NCBI GenBank assembly: GCA_041674285.1 | Contig: JBAYVZ010000001.1 | Location: forward strand, 85,732 to 149,731 | Direction of reading: 5' to 3' | Length of the DNA stretch: 64,000 bases | Source of the DNA: Minisyncoccota bacterium | GTDB lineage: Bacteria > Patescibacteriota > Minisyncoccia > Phycocordibacterales > UBA9973 | Part shown: positions 45,301 to 55,038 of the stretch, piece by piece | Numbering within the stretch: the first letter of the stretch is position 1 | How the letters are laid out: each line of letters opens with the position of its first letter | The notes under the pieces: model-generated | What the model saw: only the letters and a program-made list of their open reading frames with translations | What the model was told of the DNA's origin: nothing | Databases searched by the model: none | Position numbers and translations under genes: made by a program

Positions 45301-46470
45301 TTATGGTAAAAGTTGAGATAAAATTGATTTAAAAAATCCTTTTACTTGTTTTATATTTCCTTGAAGAGGGTTCAATTCTTCGTTGAAATTATTGTTTTTT
45401 GAGTAGAGTGCTAGCCCTAGAGATGTATACCATGATGCATCTTTTACTTTGTATTTTGAATTGATAGATATATCTGTTGGTCCTATACGAGATGGCAATC
45501 TTAGGTCTCTTTTTGCTATCTCATCGATTCTCTGTATGTACGATCCACCTCCGACTATTATCACACCAGCTGGGAGTAGGCCATTCTTCTTTATCCTTCT
45601 TAGGTGATTCTCTACGAGCTCAAATATATCTCCGAGTCGAGCCTCGACGATCTCGTCTATTTTCTTTTTAGGAAAATTCCCCAGTAGACTACCGATCTTT
45701 ACATTCTCTGCTTCTTCTAAGTCTATACGGAAACCAAGGGCTACATCTTTTGTTATATCCATTCCTCCGATGGGGAATGTGATCATTGATGTCGGCATAT
45801 TATTTTCAAATACTGCCATAGATACTGTCTCTGCTCCAATGTCTAACAATGCACTGCCTGCCATCTTTTGCTTCTCGGACAATGTAGCCATACCGGTAGC
45901 TATCTGAGATGGTATGATATCTATGATTTCAATATTTGATTCAGCAAAAGCTGTGACCAGGTCCTCTATATTTTGCTTTAGACAAGTTATATACAGAGCT
46001 TTTACTTCGAGCTTGATACCACGCATACCTTCGGGGTGACCGTGTATCTCCTTGCCGTCTAGCTTGTACGCTAGTGGGTAGCTCTGTATTATTTTGCGAT
46101 TTGGGATGTCTAGATTTTCTTCACTATTTGCGAGAGCTTTTGTTACATCTAGATTTGTAATCTCTCCATCAGCTTTACTAATGATGGCACTACCGATAGA
46201 TGCGACAGAGAGTAGGCTGATGCCACCGATAGATACATAAGCTTTTTTGATTTTTATATCTCCGCAGTTTTTCTCTGCATTTCGAACTGCACGGCGAATA
46301 CTATCAGATACTTGTTTTATGTTTATGATATAACCCATCTTTACCCCAGAAGTAGAAGAAGAACCAATACCCAAAAATGATGGGTATTCTTCGCCATTTA
46401 CATGTTCTAGTACTGTGACACGAGTAGTGTGTGTACCGATATCTATACCGACTGAGATTTTTTTTGCCAT
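45301..46470 (-). CDS. ftsA: cell division protein FtsA (actin-like ATPase)
   Basis: ISVGIDIGTHTTRV phosphate-1 motif, actin-fold motifs; immediately upstream of ftsZ on the same strand. Confidence 0.9.
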   Translation of the reverse strand: MAKKISVGIDIGTHTTRVTVLEHVNGEEYPSFLGIGSSSTSGVKMGYIINIKQVSDSIRRAVRNAEKNCGDIKIKKAYVSIGGISLLSVASIGSAIISKADGEITNLDVTKALANSEENLDIPNRKIIQSYPLAYKLDGKEIHGHPEGMRGIKLEVKALYITCLKQNIEDLVTAFAESNIEIIDIIPSQIATGMATLSEKQKMAGSALLDIGAETVSMAVFENNMPTSMITFPIGGMDITKDVALGFRIDLEEAENVKIGSLLGNFPKKKIDEIVEARLGDIFELVENHLRRIKKNGLLPAGVIIVGGGSYIQRIDEIAKRDLRLPSRIGPTDISINSKYKVKDASWYTSLGLALYSKNNNFNEELNPLQGNIKQVKGFFKSILSQLLP

Positions 46471-46485
46471 TTAGAAAAAGAAGAT

Positions 46486-46869
46486 TTATTTAAATATTTT
46501 TAGATATTTTTTTTCTTCTCTCTCCATTGTACTACCATGTTCGAAACCTTTCAAATGTAGGAATCCGTGGATAACTAAAAACTTCAAAAAATTTGGGTAA
46601 TCCATGTCAAAAAGAGGGGCATCTTCTTTGATTTTCTCAAGCTCTAGCACGATCTCTCCAGATGTATCAGACAGAGGGAATGAGAGAATATTTGTCGGGT
46701 AGTCTTTGCCTCGCCACTTTTTATTTAACTTGCGAGACTCACTTGGAGACACGCATACTACAGAGAGTTCAAAATCCTCTCCGCAGATACGGTCCTTCAT
46801 CGCCACAAAAGGCAAGCTTGGTAGCTTGCCTTTTGTTTTGTTTTTAAATTCAAACTTATTGTCTTGCAT
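46486..46869 (-). CDS. ybeY: rRNA maturation endoribonuclease YbeY
   Basis: HGFLHLKGFEH (H-x-x-x-H-x-x-x-x-x-H zinc motif). Confidence 0.85.
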   Translation of the reverse strand: MQDNKFEFKNKTKGKLPSLPFVAMKDRICGEDFELSVVCVSPSESRKLNKKWRGKDYPTNILSFPLSDTSGEIVLELEKIKEDAPLFDMDYPNFLKFLVIHGFLHLKGFEHGSTMEREEKKYLKIFK

Positions 46870-46871
46870 AA

Positions 46872-47120
46872 TTAGCGACGACGTCCACGAACGATCTTTA
46901 CTACCTTGCCGAGCTTTACGAGCTTTTCATGCTCTTTGCGGCGGGCTAGGCGCTTTAGTGTTCCTTCTTTTGTTGCAAGTTTTGAGATTTTGCGCTCGTT
47001 GTAACGATTGCCTTTAACCTTTTGTATTATTCCAGTCTCTTGCACTTTGCGAGTGAAGCGACGGATGAGGTTTGTACTACTCTCATTTGCATTTTTCTTT
47101 ACTTCTACAACTGTAATCAT
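46872..47120 (-). CDS. rpsU: 30S ribosomal protein S21
   Basis: MITVVEVKKNANESSTNLIRRFTRKVQETGI... parallels S21 ([28 protein letters not shown]...); Lys/Arg-rich C-terminus; start chosen at MITVV. Confidence 0.6.
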   Translation of the reverse strand: MITVVEVKKNANESSTNLIRRFTRKVQETGIIQKVKGNRYNERKISKLATKEGTLKRLARRKEHEKLVKLGKVVKIVRGRRR

Positions 47121-47148
47121 ATTTGGAGAATATATCACATATTAACTT

Positions 47149-49128
47149 TTACAGCAAGTCCTCGGGCTCTATATTGAGGGTAAAAGTACTAGAAACAGCC
47201 CGGAGTCTCTTGTATAGGTCACTATCTGCCTGGGTATCTTTGTTCAGTGGTACTGGCCAAAGCTTTGGGTCTATCTTTATCACAGTATTGGTCACGTATT
47301 CACCTCGGACCTTGCCGACAAAAGCTGAAAAGATCTGTGGGTCATAGGCTCCGAGGGTTTTATTTATATATTCACGAGCTTTTTCACCCTGAGCTGCGGT
47401 CCCTGTGAATGTTATCTTTATTAGTTTTTTAAATGGTGGATATCCGAACATTTTTCTCTCCTCGAGGTCTTCTCTATACAGAGGGAGTACATTCCCAGAC
47501 AATATATTTCGTAATACTTTATTTTCCGCCATTCTAGTTTGGATTAGGATGCCGTTGATTGTGATGGCCTGGAGTTTTTCGATGATATGCAGTATCTTTT
47601 GATTCATGTTGAAACTCGGTATGGAGAATAGTCCGTCCACGGATATGATAGCACTCGCATATACGTCGTCTTTGAGATATGAAAATGCCATCTCTGTGCC
47701 GATTAGGATACTTCCTTTTTCTTTATAGAAAGATGCGATAGCTGCGCGAGCTTCGGTGTCGGTGCTAGTAGTCTCCTTGTCTATCTGTACTACATTTATG
47801 TCTGGGAAATATTTTTTTACTTCTGCATAGACCCGGTCCGTACCTATTCCTAGTGGATTTAGATTCCAGCTAGTACATATTGGGCATCTAGTCTCGGTCT
47901 TTTCTTTATAACCGCATTTATTGCACATGAATACACGACCACCCTCGTCTTTGGTGGCTGATCTCTGCTTGTTCCCATATAGGACTACAGGTGAAGTACA
48001 ATTTGGGCAGAGTAGTGTGTGTCCGCAATCATTACACACTGTGACTCCGGCAAGACCCTTGCGCACAGAAAAAAGAAATACAGATTCACCGTACTCGTGA
48101 CAGTACTCGATCATCTTTTTTACATCGCTAGACAATACAGAAAAACTCTTTTTGCCGAGCTCGTCCGTCTCATTTTTCATATCGATGATTACTTGTTTTT
48201 CTGCATTGGTAAATCTGAATAGTGGGGGAGCCACCTCTGCGAATTCTGCTTGTTGATGTCTGTATAGTGTCTCGGGGCGAAGTATCGTATCACCCAGGAT
48301 TAATTTTGATTTGTTTATCGAGGCATATATCTCTACAAATGTACGAGTGTCGATAAATGGTCTGACGAATTGTTTGTATGAGTCGGAACTCTCGTGTTCG
48401 AGGATGATAGTCTTGATATCTGTTCGTGGAATAGAGAGGAACATCCCTGTACCTATTATAAGAATAGGATGCTTTTCCTCTTTGCACTTATTGTAATTTG
48501 TCACCATTGTCTTCTTGTTCATGTCATGGGAGAAGGTATATACATAGTGTTCGATGCCCTTGGATAACATGTTTTTGAATTTCTCTGTGTCATATCTGGT
48601 CGGTACACATATAAATACTGATTCCTTTTTAGAAAAAGATTCACGTATCAGTGTCCTGTACCATCCGATACGATCCACCCAAGTAGCCTGGAATATAAGT
48701 TTTTCCTGTTTTATGTCTGCTGTGTTTTCTGTTGATGCTGATTTTGCGCTCTCTGCATCTTCAATCTCTTCTTTATTTTTTTCTAAAATAATATTTTTAT
48801 CTAGGAATGCACTAGGGAGCATCGTATCTATGATCGCGCCCGTACTACCTAGTGTGTATTCTCGCAACCGTAGGCAACTTTCAAAAAAAGCATCGCCAAA
48901 TGGTGCAGCCCCACGAACTTTTATTATTTTCTTTAATTGGAATTTTGCGTCTTTGAGTTCTTGTTTTAGATTTTCTGCGGGCTCAATACCGATGACTAAT
49001 GCATCGATCTCGCGAGATCGTACAGGGACGACGACAAGAGTACCCAGCTTGATTTCTTGGGCGGAAAAATAAGTAAGGTATTCTTTTTTGATACCTTTGT
49101 CGATCGGAATAACTGTCAGTATGTACAT
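47149..49128 (-). CDS. priA: primosomal protein N' (PriA helicase)
   Basis: N-terminal 3'-DNA-binding domain, SF2 helicase motifs, Cys-rich zinc-binding insert CPNC...C..C...CNKC...CPIC; track ORF starts at a GTG one codon upstream. Confidence 0.85.
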   Translation of the reverse strand: MYILTVIPIDKGIKKEYLTYFSAQEIKLGTLVVVPVRSREIDALVIGIEPAENLKQELKDAKFQLKKIIKVRGAAPFGDAFFESCLRLREYTLGSTGAIIDTMLPSAFLDKNIILEKNKEEIEDAESAKSASTENTADIKQEKLIFQATWVDRIGWYRTLIRESFSKKESVFICVPTRYDTEKFKNMLSKGIEHYVYTFSHDMNKKTMVTNYNKCKEEKHPILIIGTGMFLSIPRTDIKTIILEHESSDSYKQFVRPFIDTRTFVEIYASINKSKLILGDTILRPETLYRHQQAEFAEVAPPLFRFTNAEKQVIIDMKNETDELGKKSFSVLSSDVKKMIEYCHEYGESVFLFSVRKGLAGVTVCNDCGHTLLCPNCTSPVVLYGNKQRSATKDEGGRVFMCNKCGYKEKTETRCPICTSWNLNPLGIGTDRVYAEVKKYFPDINVVQIDKETTSTDTEARAAIASFYKEKGSILIGTEMAFSYLKDDVYASAIISVDGLFSIPSFNMNQKILHIIEKLQAITINGILIQTRMAENKVLRNILSGNVLPLYREDLEERKMFGYPPFKKLIKITFTGTAAQGEKAREYINKTLGAYDPQIFSAFVGKVRGEYVTNTVIKIDPKLWPVPLNKDTQADSDLYKRLRAVSSTFTLNIEPEDLL

Positions 49129-49368
49129 CACGTACGAAATAGGAAATCTTTAGATTTCCGTATTTTAATAACCTTGTAATAGCTTCGACTCAGTATTTGC
49201 ATAATCAATTTATCGTTTAAAATTAAACAGCACATTTCGTACGTGATACATACCTACATCCTAGCATATTTTAGAGTCTTGTAATTTCCCCAAGGAGACT
49301 CCTTGGGAATATTGACACAGTTATATTTTAGTTATATTCTGGGTAAAAATGTCTAACTTTTAATTTTA

Positions 49369-49689
49369 ATGATTATGGAAATTATTTATTGCTTAATCTG
49401 TGTAGCTGCTGGTGCAGCATCTTTTGCTATCTTGTATTTTTCTTTTAGAAAATCCGCCTATCAGGAATTTGATTATTTGCCAAAAGGTAGATATAAAATT
49501 TTGGCTTCCGTTCCAAAGAATGCGAGCAGCGAGTATGTAACTATTATTCCTGTTGATGGGGCTAATAAAATTAAAAGGGGTGAAAGGCCATTTTTTGTTA
49601 TTATGACAAAGAACGACATTAAATCTTACGGAAATACTGTAGGTTGTGTTTTAAATACTGTCGAGGGTCTCTTCAGTAAGGTTGATTGA
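49369..49689 (+). CDS. hypothetical small membrane protein
   Basis: N-terminal TM; no motif. Confidence 0.35.
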   Translation: MIMEIIYCLICVAAGAASFAILYFSFRKSAYQEFDYLPKGRYKILASVPKNASSEYVTIIPVDGANKIKRGERPFFVIMTKNDIKSYGNTVGCVLNTVEGLFSKVD

Positions 49690-49837
49690 TTGCTAAAATA
49701 TTACCAGTTAGTCAGATATATTCTGCCTAGCTGGTTTTTGTTCTGTATGCTATTGCATACTTTAGGTTAGTTTGTTATAATACACTTATCACTACGAAAG
49801 AGACCCTTATGCAGATCCGTCTGCATCGGGGGCTTTT

Positions 49838-50320
49838 TTATTTTAAGCTAGAAAACTTATGATAATGTTGATTTAAAAATGTTACTTCAGTATTTTTATT
49901 TTTCAATAATATTGAGCATTTTTTCTCATCGGGAGCAATAATGCAATTAATAACATTATTCTTTTGCAAGAATTCAACTAGACACCCAAAGTCTCCATCA
50001 CCAGTTATTAAAATAAAAGAATTTGTTGCATTTGTATAAAAATCAGAAACAGCTTTAAGTACTAATTCTGCATCACAATTTCCTTTAACAACTCCGCCTA
50101 CAGATACTGTTTGTTTGAAAATTAGAATGAATCCACATTCTTGCAGGTGTTCGTAGAATTTTACACGACTAGGGACGAGTCCAATAAACAAGTATATGTT
50201 TTTAGATTTATATTTTTGATTCAGCCATCCTCTAAATTTCTTGTAATCTATTTCAAAATTAAGTTCTTTAGCTGATCTGTATAAATTATTTCCATCAATA
50301 TAGATGTTTATTTTATCCAT
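49838..50320 (-). CDS. NYN/LabA-like (PIN-like) domain protein
   Basis: MDKINIYIDGNNLY... and ...ILITGDGDFGCLVEFL match the NYN/DUF88 pattern. Confidence 0.75.
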   Translation of the reverse strand: MDKINIYIDGNNLYRSAKELNFEIDYKKFRGWLNQKYKSKNIYLFIGLVPSRVKFYEHLQECGFILIFKQTVSVGGVVKGNCDAELVLKAVSDFYTNATNSFILITGDGDFGCLVEFLQKNNVINCIIAPDEKKCSILLKNKNTEVTFLNQHYHKFSSLK

Positions 50321-50379
50321 ATTTATATTTTAACATACAGGTTTTATTTATCTATTTTTATGCTATAATCGGCACACAA

Positions 50380-51393
50380 ATGGCAATATTCAACAAGAAA
50401 TTAGGAATAGATCTCGGCACAGCGAATACTCTCGTGTATTTGCCTGGTAAAGGTATCGTCCTAAATGAGCCATCCGTCGTCGCTGTATCTGAACAGGACA
50501 ACACTATTCTGGCTATCGGCCTTGAAGCAAAGGAGATGATCGGTAAAACTCCTGAAAATATTATCGTATATCGCCCTATGAAGGACGGTGTCATCGCTGA
50601 CTATCGTGTGACCGAGGCAATGCTACGATACTTCATCACAAAAGCTCTCGGTAAATACAACCTAATAAAGCCCGATGTGATGGTATCTGTACCTGCAGGT
50701 ATCACATCTACAGAGCGCCGTGCCGTAGTAGAGGCAGCAGTCCGTGCAGGAGCTCGCAATGCGTATGTAGTAAAGGAGCCTATTCTCGCTGCTATCGGTG
50801 CTGGTGTACCTATACATGAATCAAAAGGGCATATGATCATGGATATCGGTGGTGGTACTACCGATGTGGCTGTGATTGCACTCGGAGGAATCGTGGCTTC
50901 TACTTCTGTAAAATGTGCAGGGGACAAGATCGACCTAGCGATAGCTGATTACATCAAAAAAACTTTTAACCTAGCGATAGGAGACAGAACTGCCGAGCAG
51001 ATCAAGATAAAGATTGGTGCAGCTGTACCACTGGAAGAAGAACTCACTATCACTATCAAAGGGCGCGACTTTATCCAAGGGTTGCCTCGTACTGCACAGA
51101 TTTCTACAAATGAGATAGTGCATGCCATAGACAAAGAGCTCAAGACTATGATCGGAGCTATCAAGAGCGTATTATCCGAGACTCCACCGGAGCTCGCAGC
51201 AGATATCATAGACGAGGGTATCATCATGACTGGAGGTACTTCTTCATTACGCAATCTAGGTGAATTGGTATATAGAAAAACTGGAGTAAAAGCTCGTCTT
51301 GCAGATGAGCCACTATTTTGTGTTGCCAATGGTACAGGAGAAGCACTGAACCATCTCGAGACTTACAAAAAAACTATAATTAGCAAAAAATAA
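50380..51393 (+). CDS. mreB: rod shape-determining protein MreB
   Basis: GIDLGTANTLVY..., actin-fold phosphate and adenosine motifs; TATAAT 9 nt upstream of the ATG. Confidence 0.95.
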   Translation: MAIFNKKLGIDLGTANTLVYLPGKGIVLNEPSVVAVSEQDNTILAIGLEAKEMIGKTPENIIVYRPMKDGVIADYRVTEAMLRYFITKALGKYNLIKPDVMVSVPAGITSTERRAVVEAAVRAGARNAYVVKEPILAAIGAGVPIHESKGHMIMDIGGGTTDVAVIALGGIVASTSVKCAGDKIDLAIADYIKKTFNLAIGDRTAEQIKIKIGAAVPLEEELTITIKGRDFIQGLPRTAQISTNEIVHAIDKELKTMIGAIKSVLSETPPELAADIIDEGIIMTGGTSSLRNLGELVYRKTGVKARLADEPLFCVANGTGEALNHLETYKKTIISKK

Positions 51394-51394
51394 T

Positions 51395-52255
51395 ATGGAT
51401 AAAAGTAAGAAAGTACTAAACATTATTTATACTGTTTTTTTGTATATATTTGCCTTTATAGGCTTCATTTTTGTGTGCGTATTGATCGCAATGCAATTTG
51501 GATGGCTCAATGTTAAAGGTGCATCTTCATCTCGCAACAAATATTTCCAAATGCCGGCTAGTGCTATCCTATCTGTTACTAATAGTGATTCTGTAAAATC
51601 AGAGTGGATGAGTACCGATCAGTGGAATCTAATGAAATATGTTTTCACTCGTGATCAGGAAATTATAAAGAGGGCTGCAAATGATGCGGGTGTATCTCCG
51701 CGCTTACTACTAGGTGGCGTGATGGGTGAGCAATTCCGCTTTTTCAATAATAGAAGAGAGTCATTCAAGAATTATTTTGAACCGATGAAGATACTGGCAT
51801 CACTGTCGAATACTTCTTTTGGTATCGCAGGTATAAAACCAAAAACAGTAGGGCAGATCGAAGATGGCCTAAAAAATCCATCATCTCCTTTTTATCTGGG
51901 CCCTGAAATGGAAAATATTATAACCTATGATCCATCTATGACTGACATAGAATCTGTGCGCATGGACCGCATCACAAATACAAAGGATCCCTACTACTCA
52001 TATCTATATGTGGGACTATATATGAGGCAGATTGAAGCTCAATGGTCAAAAGCTGGCTATGACATACACAATCAAGCTGGAATAATGGCTACTCTATACA
52101 ACCTCGGCTTTTATTATTCAAAACCAAATGCAAATCCTGCCATTGGTGGATCACTGATAAATATAGAAGGCGTAGATTATACTTTTGGTGATATTGCTCA
52201 TGAATTTTATAATTCAGATGAGCTATTGGATATATATCCACGTGATGTACAATAG
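51395..52255 (+). CDS. hypothetical membrane-anchored protein downstream of mreB
   Basis: N-terminal TM IIYTVFLYIFAFIGFIFVCVLIAM; start 1 nt after the mreB stop; no resemblance to MreC recognised. Confidence 0.45.
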   Translation: MDKSKKVLNIIYTVFLYIFAFIGFIFVCVLIAMQFGWLNVKGASSSRNKYFQMPASAILSVTNSDSVKSEWMSTDQWNLMKYVFTRDQEIIKRAANDAGVSPRLLLGGVMGEQFRFFNNRRESFKNYFEPMKILASLSNTSFGIAGIKPKTVGQIEDGLKNPSSPFYLGPEMENIITYDPSMTDIESVRMDRITNTKDPYYSYLYVGLYMRQIEAQWSKAGYDIHNQAGIMATLYNLGFYYSKPNANPAIGGSLINIEGVDYTFGDIAHEFYNSDELLDIYPRDVQ

Positions 52256-52259
52256 AGAT

Positions 52260-52949
52260 ATGTTTGAAGATTTATTTCCTACAAAACTTTATCATAGCTA
52301 TATCGTAGAGGGAGATCCTACTACTACACCTATCGAACTGAGAGATTATTTAATCTCTTCTGGTCGCATTACTTCAGATAGTCCGGATGTATTCTTTGAA
52401 TTATATGAAGCTCTAGATATGGAACAGAGTCATGGTATCAGAGAGTGGCATACACTAGCATCATCTTCTGGTGGCTCTCGTATGTGTATCATCGGTGCAA
52501 AAAATATTAATCGTGAAGCAGAGCAGTCACTATTGAAAATGCTCGAGGAGCCGGGTGAGAATACTCATTTTTTCCTCGTGATCCCAGATAAGTCAAATGT
52601 GTTGCCGACTATTCTATCCCGATGTCATGTGGTTCAGGCTGAGAAAAAAGATAAATACGGGCCATGGGTTGATAAATTTATCTCTGCTAGTATAAAAGAC
52701 CGATTGGACATGGTAGCTCTAGTAGTAAAATCCGCAGAAGATGCCGATACTAGCGCTACACTAAGACATGAAGCATTAAATATCCTCAATTCATTAGAAG
52801 GAAAGATATTTAAAAAATACAAACAAGATACTGTTAAAAATAAAAGTTTAGAATGGGTCGTGGGCGAAATTATCAAGTCAAAAAAATATTTGCGCAATCC
52901 GGGTTCCTCGGTCAAGATGCTCTTGGAGCATATAGCGCTTGTGATATAA
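52260..52949 (+). CDS. holB: DNA polymerase III delta' subunit-like (HolB)
   Basis: ...AEQSLLKMLEEPGENTHFFLV... matches the clamp-loader delta'/tau box (..ANALLKTLEEPP..T.FIL); start chosen at ATG 52260. Confidence 0.65.
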   Translation: MFEDLFPTKLYHSYIVEGDPTTTPIELRDYLISSGRITSDSPDVFFELYEALDMEQSHGIREWHTLASSSGGSRMCIIGAKNINREAEQSLLKMLEEPGENTHFFLVIPDKSNVLPTILSRCHVVQAEKKDKYGPWVDKFISASIKDRLDMVALVVKSAEDADTSATLRHEALNILNSLEGKIFKKYKQDTVKNKSLEWVVGEIIKSKKYLRNPGSSVKMLLEHIALVI

Positions 52950-52958
52950 TTAATAAAT

Positions 52959-53492
52959 ATGAGTTACAATACAACACAATTCAAGACAGAATTAAAAAAG
53001 ATAGAAACATGGCTATCAGGAGAATACGGATCTGTACACACAGGCCGTGCTACTCCTATGGTCCTCGATAATATTATGGTGGAGAGTTATGGGCAGTATA
53101 TGCCGATAAAGAATATCGCATCTGTGTCTGTAGAGGATCCAAAGACGCTACGCATCGCCCCATGGGATAAAGTCATGATAAAAGAAATCGAGAAAGCTAT
53201 TCAGACTGCAGATATAGGACTCTCAGTTCTTTCGGATAGTGATGGAGTGCGTGCGATATTTCCGATGCTCACTACCGAGACTCGTACAAAATTGGTAAAA
53301 GTTCTCAAAGAAAAACTAGAAGACGCTCGTATCTCTGTACGCAAGGCCCGCGGAGATGAGATATCACTACTAGATGACCTAACTGAAGATGAACAAAAGA
53401 GAGGTAAAGAAGATATTCAAAAGGCAGTAGACGAATCGAATAAAAATCTCGAAGCAATTTTCGACAAAAAAGAAGTAGAAGTAATGAGTTAG
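52959..53492 (+). CDS. frr: ribosome recycling factor
   Basis: Full-length RRF pattern including ISVRKARGD. Confidence 0.9.
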   Translation: MSYNTTQFKTELKKIETWLSGEYGSVHTGRATPMVLDNIMVESYGQYMPIKNIASVSVEDPKTLRIAPWDKVMIKEIEKAIQTADIGLSVLSDSDGVRAIFPMLTTETRTKLVKVLKEKLEDARISVRKARGDEISLLDDLTEDEQKRGKEDIQKAVDESNKNLEAIFDKKEVEVMS

Positions 53493-53840
53493 TAACATAA
53501 AACACCTATTGTCTAAATAGGTGTTTTATGTTATTGTATGTAAAAATAATTCCATAAAACCCTTAATTACAGACAGTTATGAACACAGAAAGCACAGAGC
53601 CAAACTCAAAAAAAGATCAAGAAGAAAATTCATTGCCACAAGACAAACAAGGCGCAGGAACACAAAATGTAAATGGATCCAAGGATGCAAAGGTTGAAAA
53701 ACCATTTGTAGAAAAGAAATCAATGCCAGGGGATGAGTTCCTCAGTAAGCATGAGTAAAATTAAACAGGTTAAAAACCTGAAAAACATCCGCGATATTTA
53801 TTGCGGATTTTTTTATACCCAATTGTGCTATAATCTCTAC

Positions 53841-54938
53841 ATGAATATTTTGATTTTTATAGTAATACTTTTAGTTTTAGTTGTTTCTCATGAATTTGGG
53901 CATTTTATTGTTGCAAAAAAGAGTGGTATCCGAGTAGATGAATTCGCTTTTGGTTTTCCACCTAGAATTTTTGGTAAAAAAATAGGGGAGACTACTTATA
54001 GTCTCAATGCCTTGCCACTCGGTGGCTATGTAAAGATTTTTGGAGAAAATCCAGATGAGGATTCAATGAATGGTCCCGACCGCGATCGTAGCTTTGTAAA
54101 TAAACCAAGATATATCCAAGCCGCAGTTCTTTCTGCAGGTGTAGTCATGAATTTCTTAGTTGCTTGGTTACTCATATCTATTGGTTTTATGAGTGGTATG
54201 CCTACTTCTGTGGCATCACTATCTCATGGTCAAACTCTGACAAATCAAGCTATCACTATCACTTCTGTATTGCCTGGATCTCCTGCAGAAATTTCTGGAT
54301 TACGAGCTGGGGATGTCCTAGTATCTATGAAGACAAAAACAGACGTGACCGATACACCTTCTACTGATAGCGTATCTTATTTTATAAAAAAGCACGGTTC
54401 TGAATCTATAGATATCACATACAAGCGTGGACCGGATGTACTGAATACTTCTTTGACACCTAGTATTAAAAAAGAAGGAGGAGCTCCTACTGTCGGTATA
54501 TCTATGGATATGATCGGCATGTTAAAGCTCGCACCACTCCCTGCTATATGGGAAGGACTAAAACTATCGGCTGACCTTTTTGTAGCTACAGCTGTTGGAT
54601 TCTTTACTCTCATACATGATGCTGTTCTAGGTCAAGCTGATATGTCTACTCTGACTGGTCCAGTGGGTATCGTCGGTGTAGTGGGTGATGCTGCAAAATT
54701 CGGATTTATATACCTACTATCATTCACAGCACTCATCTCTATAAACTTGGCAGTGATAAACTTGATACCATTCCCAGCGCTCGATGGCGGTAGACTAATA
54801 TTTCTATTGATTGAAAAGATAAAAGGTAGCAAGATCAGTCCAAATATAGCCAATTGGACAAATACTATCGGTTTCGGACTCCTGATGCTACTGATGGTAA
54901 TCATCACATATCACGATATAGTAAAGTTGATAAAATAA
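53841..54938 (+). CDS. rseP: RIP site-2 metalloprotease RseP (PDZ-containing)
   Basis: HEFGHF zinc motif in the first TM, PDZ domain (ITSVLPGSPAEISGLRAGDVLVSM), C-terminal LDGGR motif; TATAAT 6 nt upstream of the ATG. Confidence 0.85.
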   Translation: MNILIFIVILLVLVVSHEFGHFIVAKKSGIRVDEFAFGFPPRIFGKKIGETTYSLNALPLGGYVKIFGENPDEDSMNGPDRDRSFVNKPRYIQAAVLSAGVVMNFLVAWLLISIGFMSGMPTSVASLSHGQTLTNQAITITSVLPGSPAEISGLRAGDVLVSMKTKTDVTDTPSTDSVSYFIKKHGSESIDITYKRGPDVLNTSLTPSIKKEGGAPTVGISMDMIGMLKLAPLPAIWEGLKLSADLFVATAVGFFTLIHDAVLGQADMSTLTGPVGIVGVVGDAAKFGFIYLLSFTALISINLAVINLIPFPALDGGRLIFLLIEKIKGSKISPNIANWTNTIGFGLLMLLMVIITYHDIVKLIK

Positions 54939-54945
54939 TATAAGA

Positions 54946-54982
54946 AAAATCCGCACAGGTACGACCTGTGCGGATTTTTATT
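54946..54982 (+). terminator. rho-independent terminator
   Basis: ATCCGCACAGGT-ACGA-CCTGTGCGGAT + TTTTTATTTT. Confidence 0.85.
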
Positions 54983-55038
54983 TTGTTTGACATATATCGC
55001 TTATATAGTAGTATTTAGAAAAACATTTCAAAAAAAAT

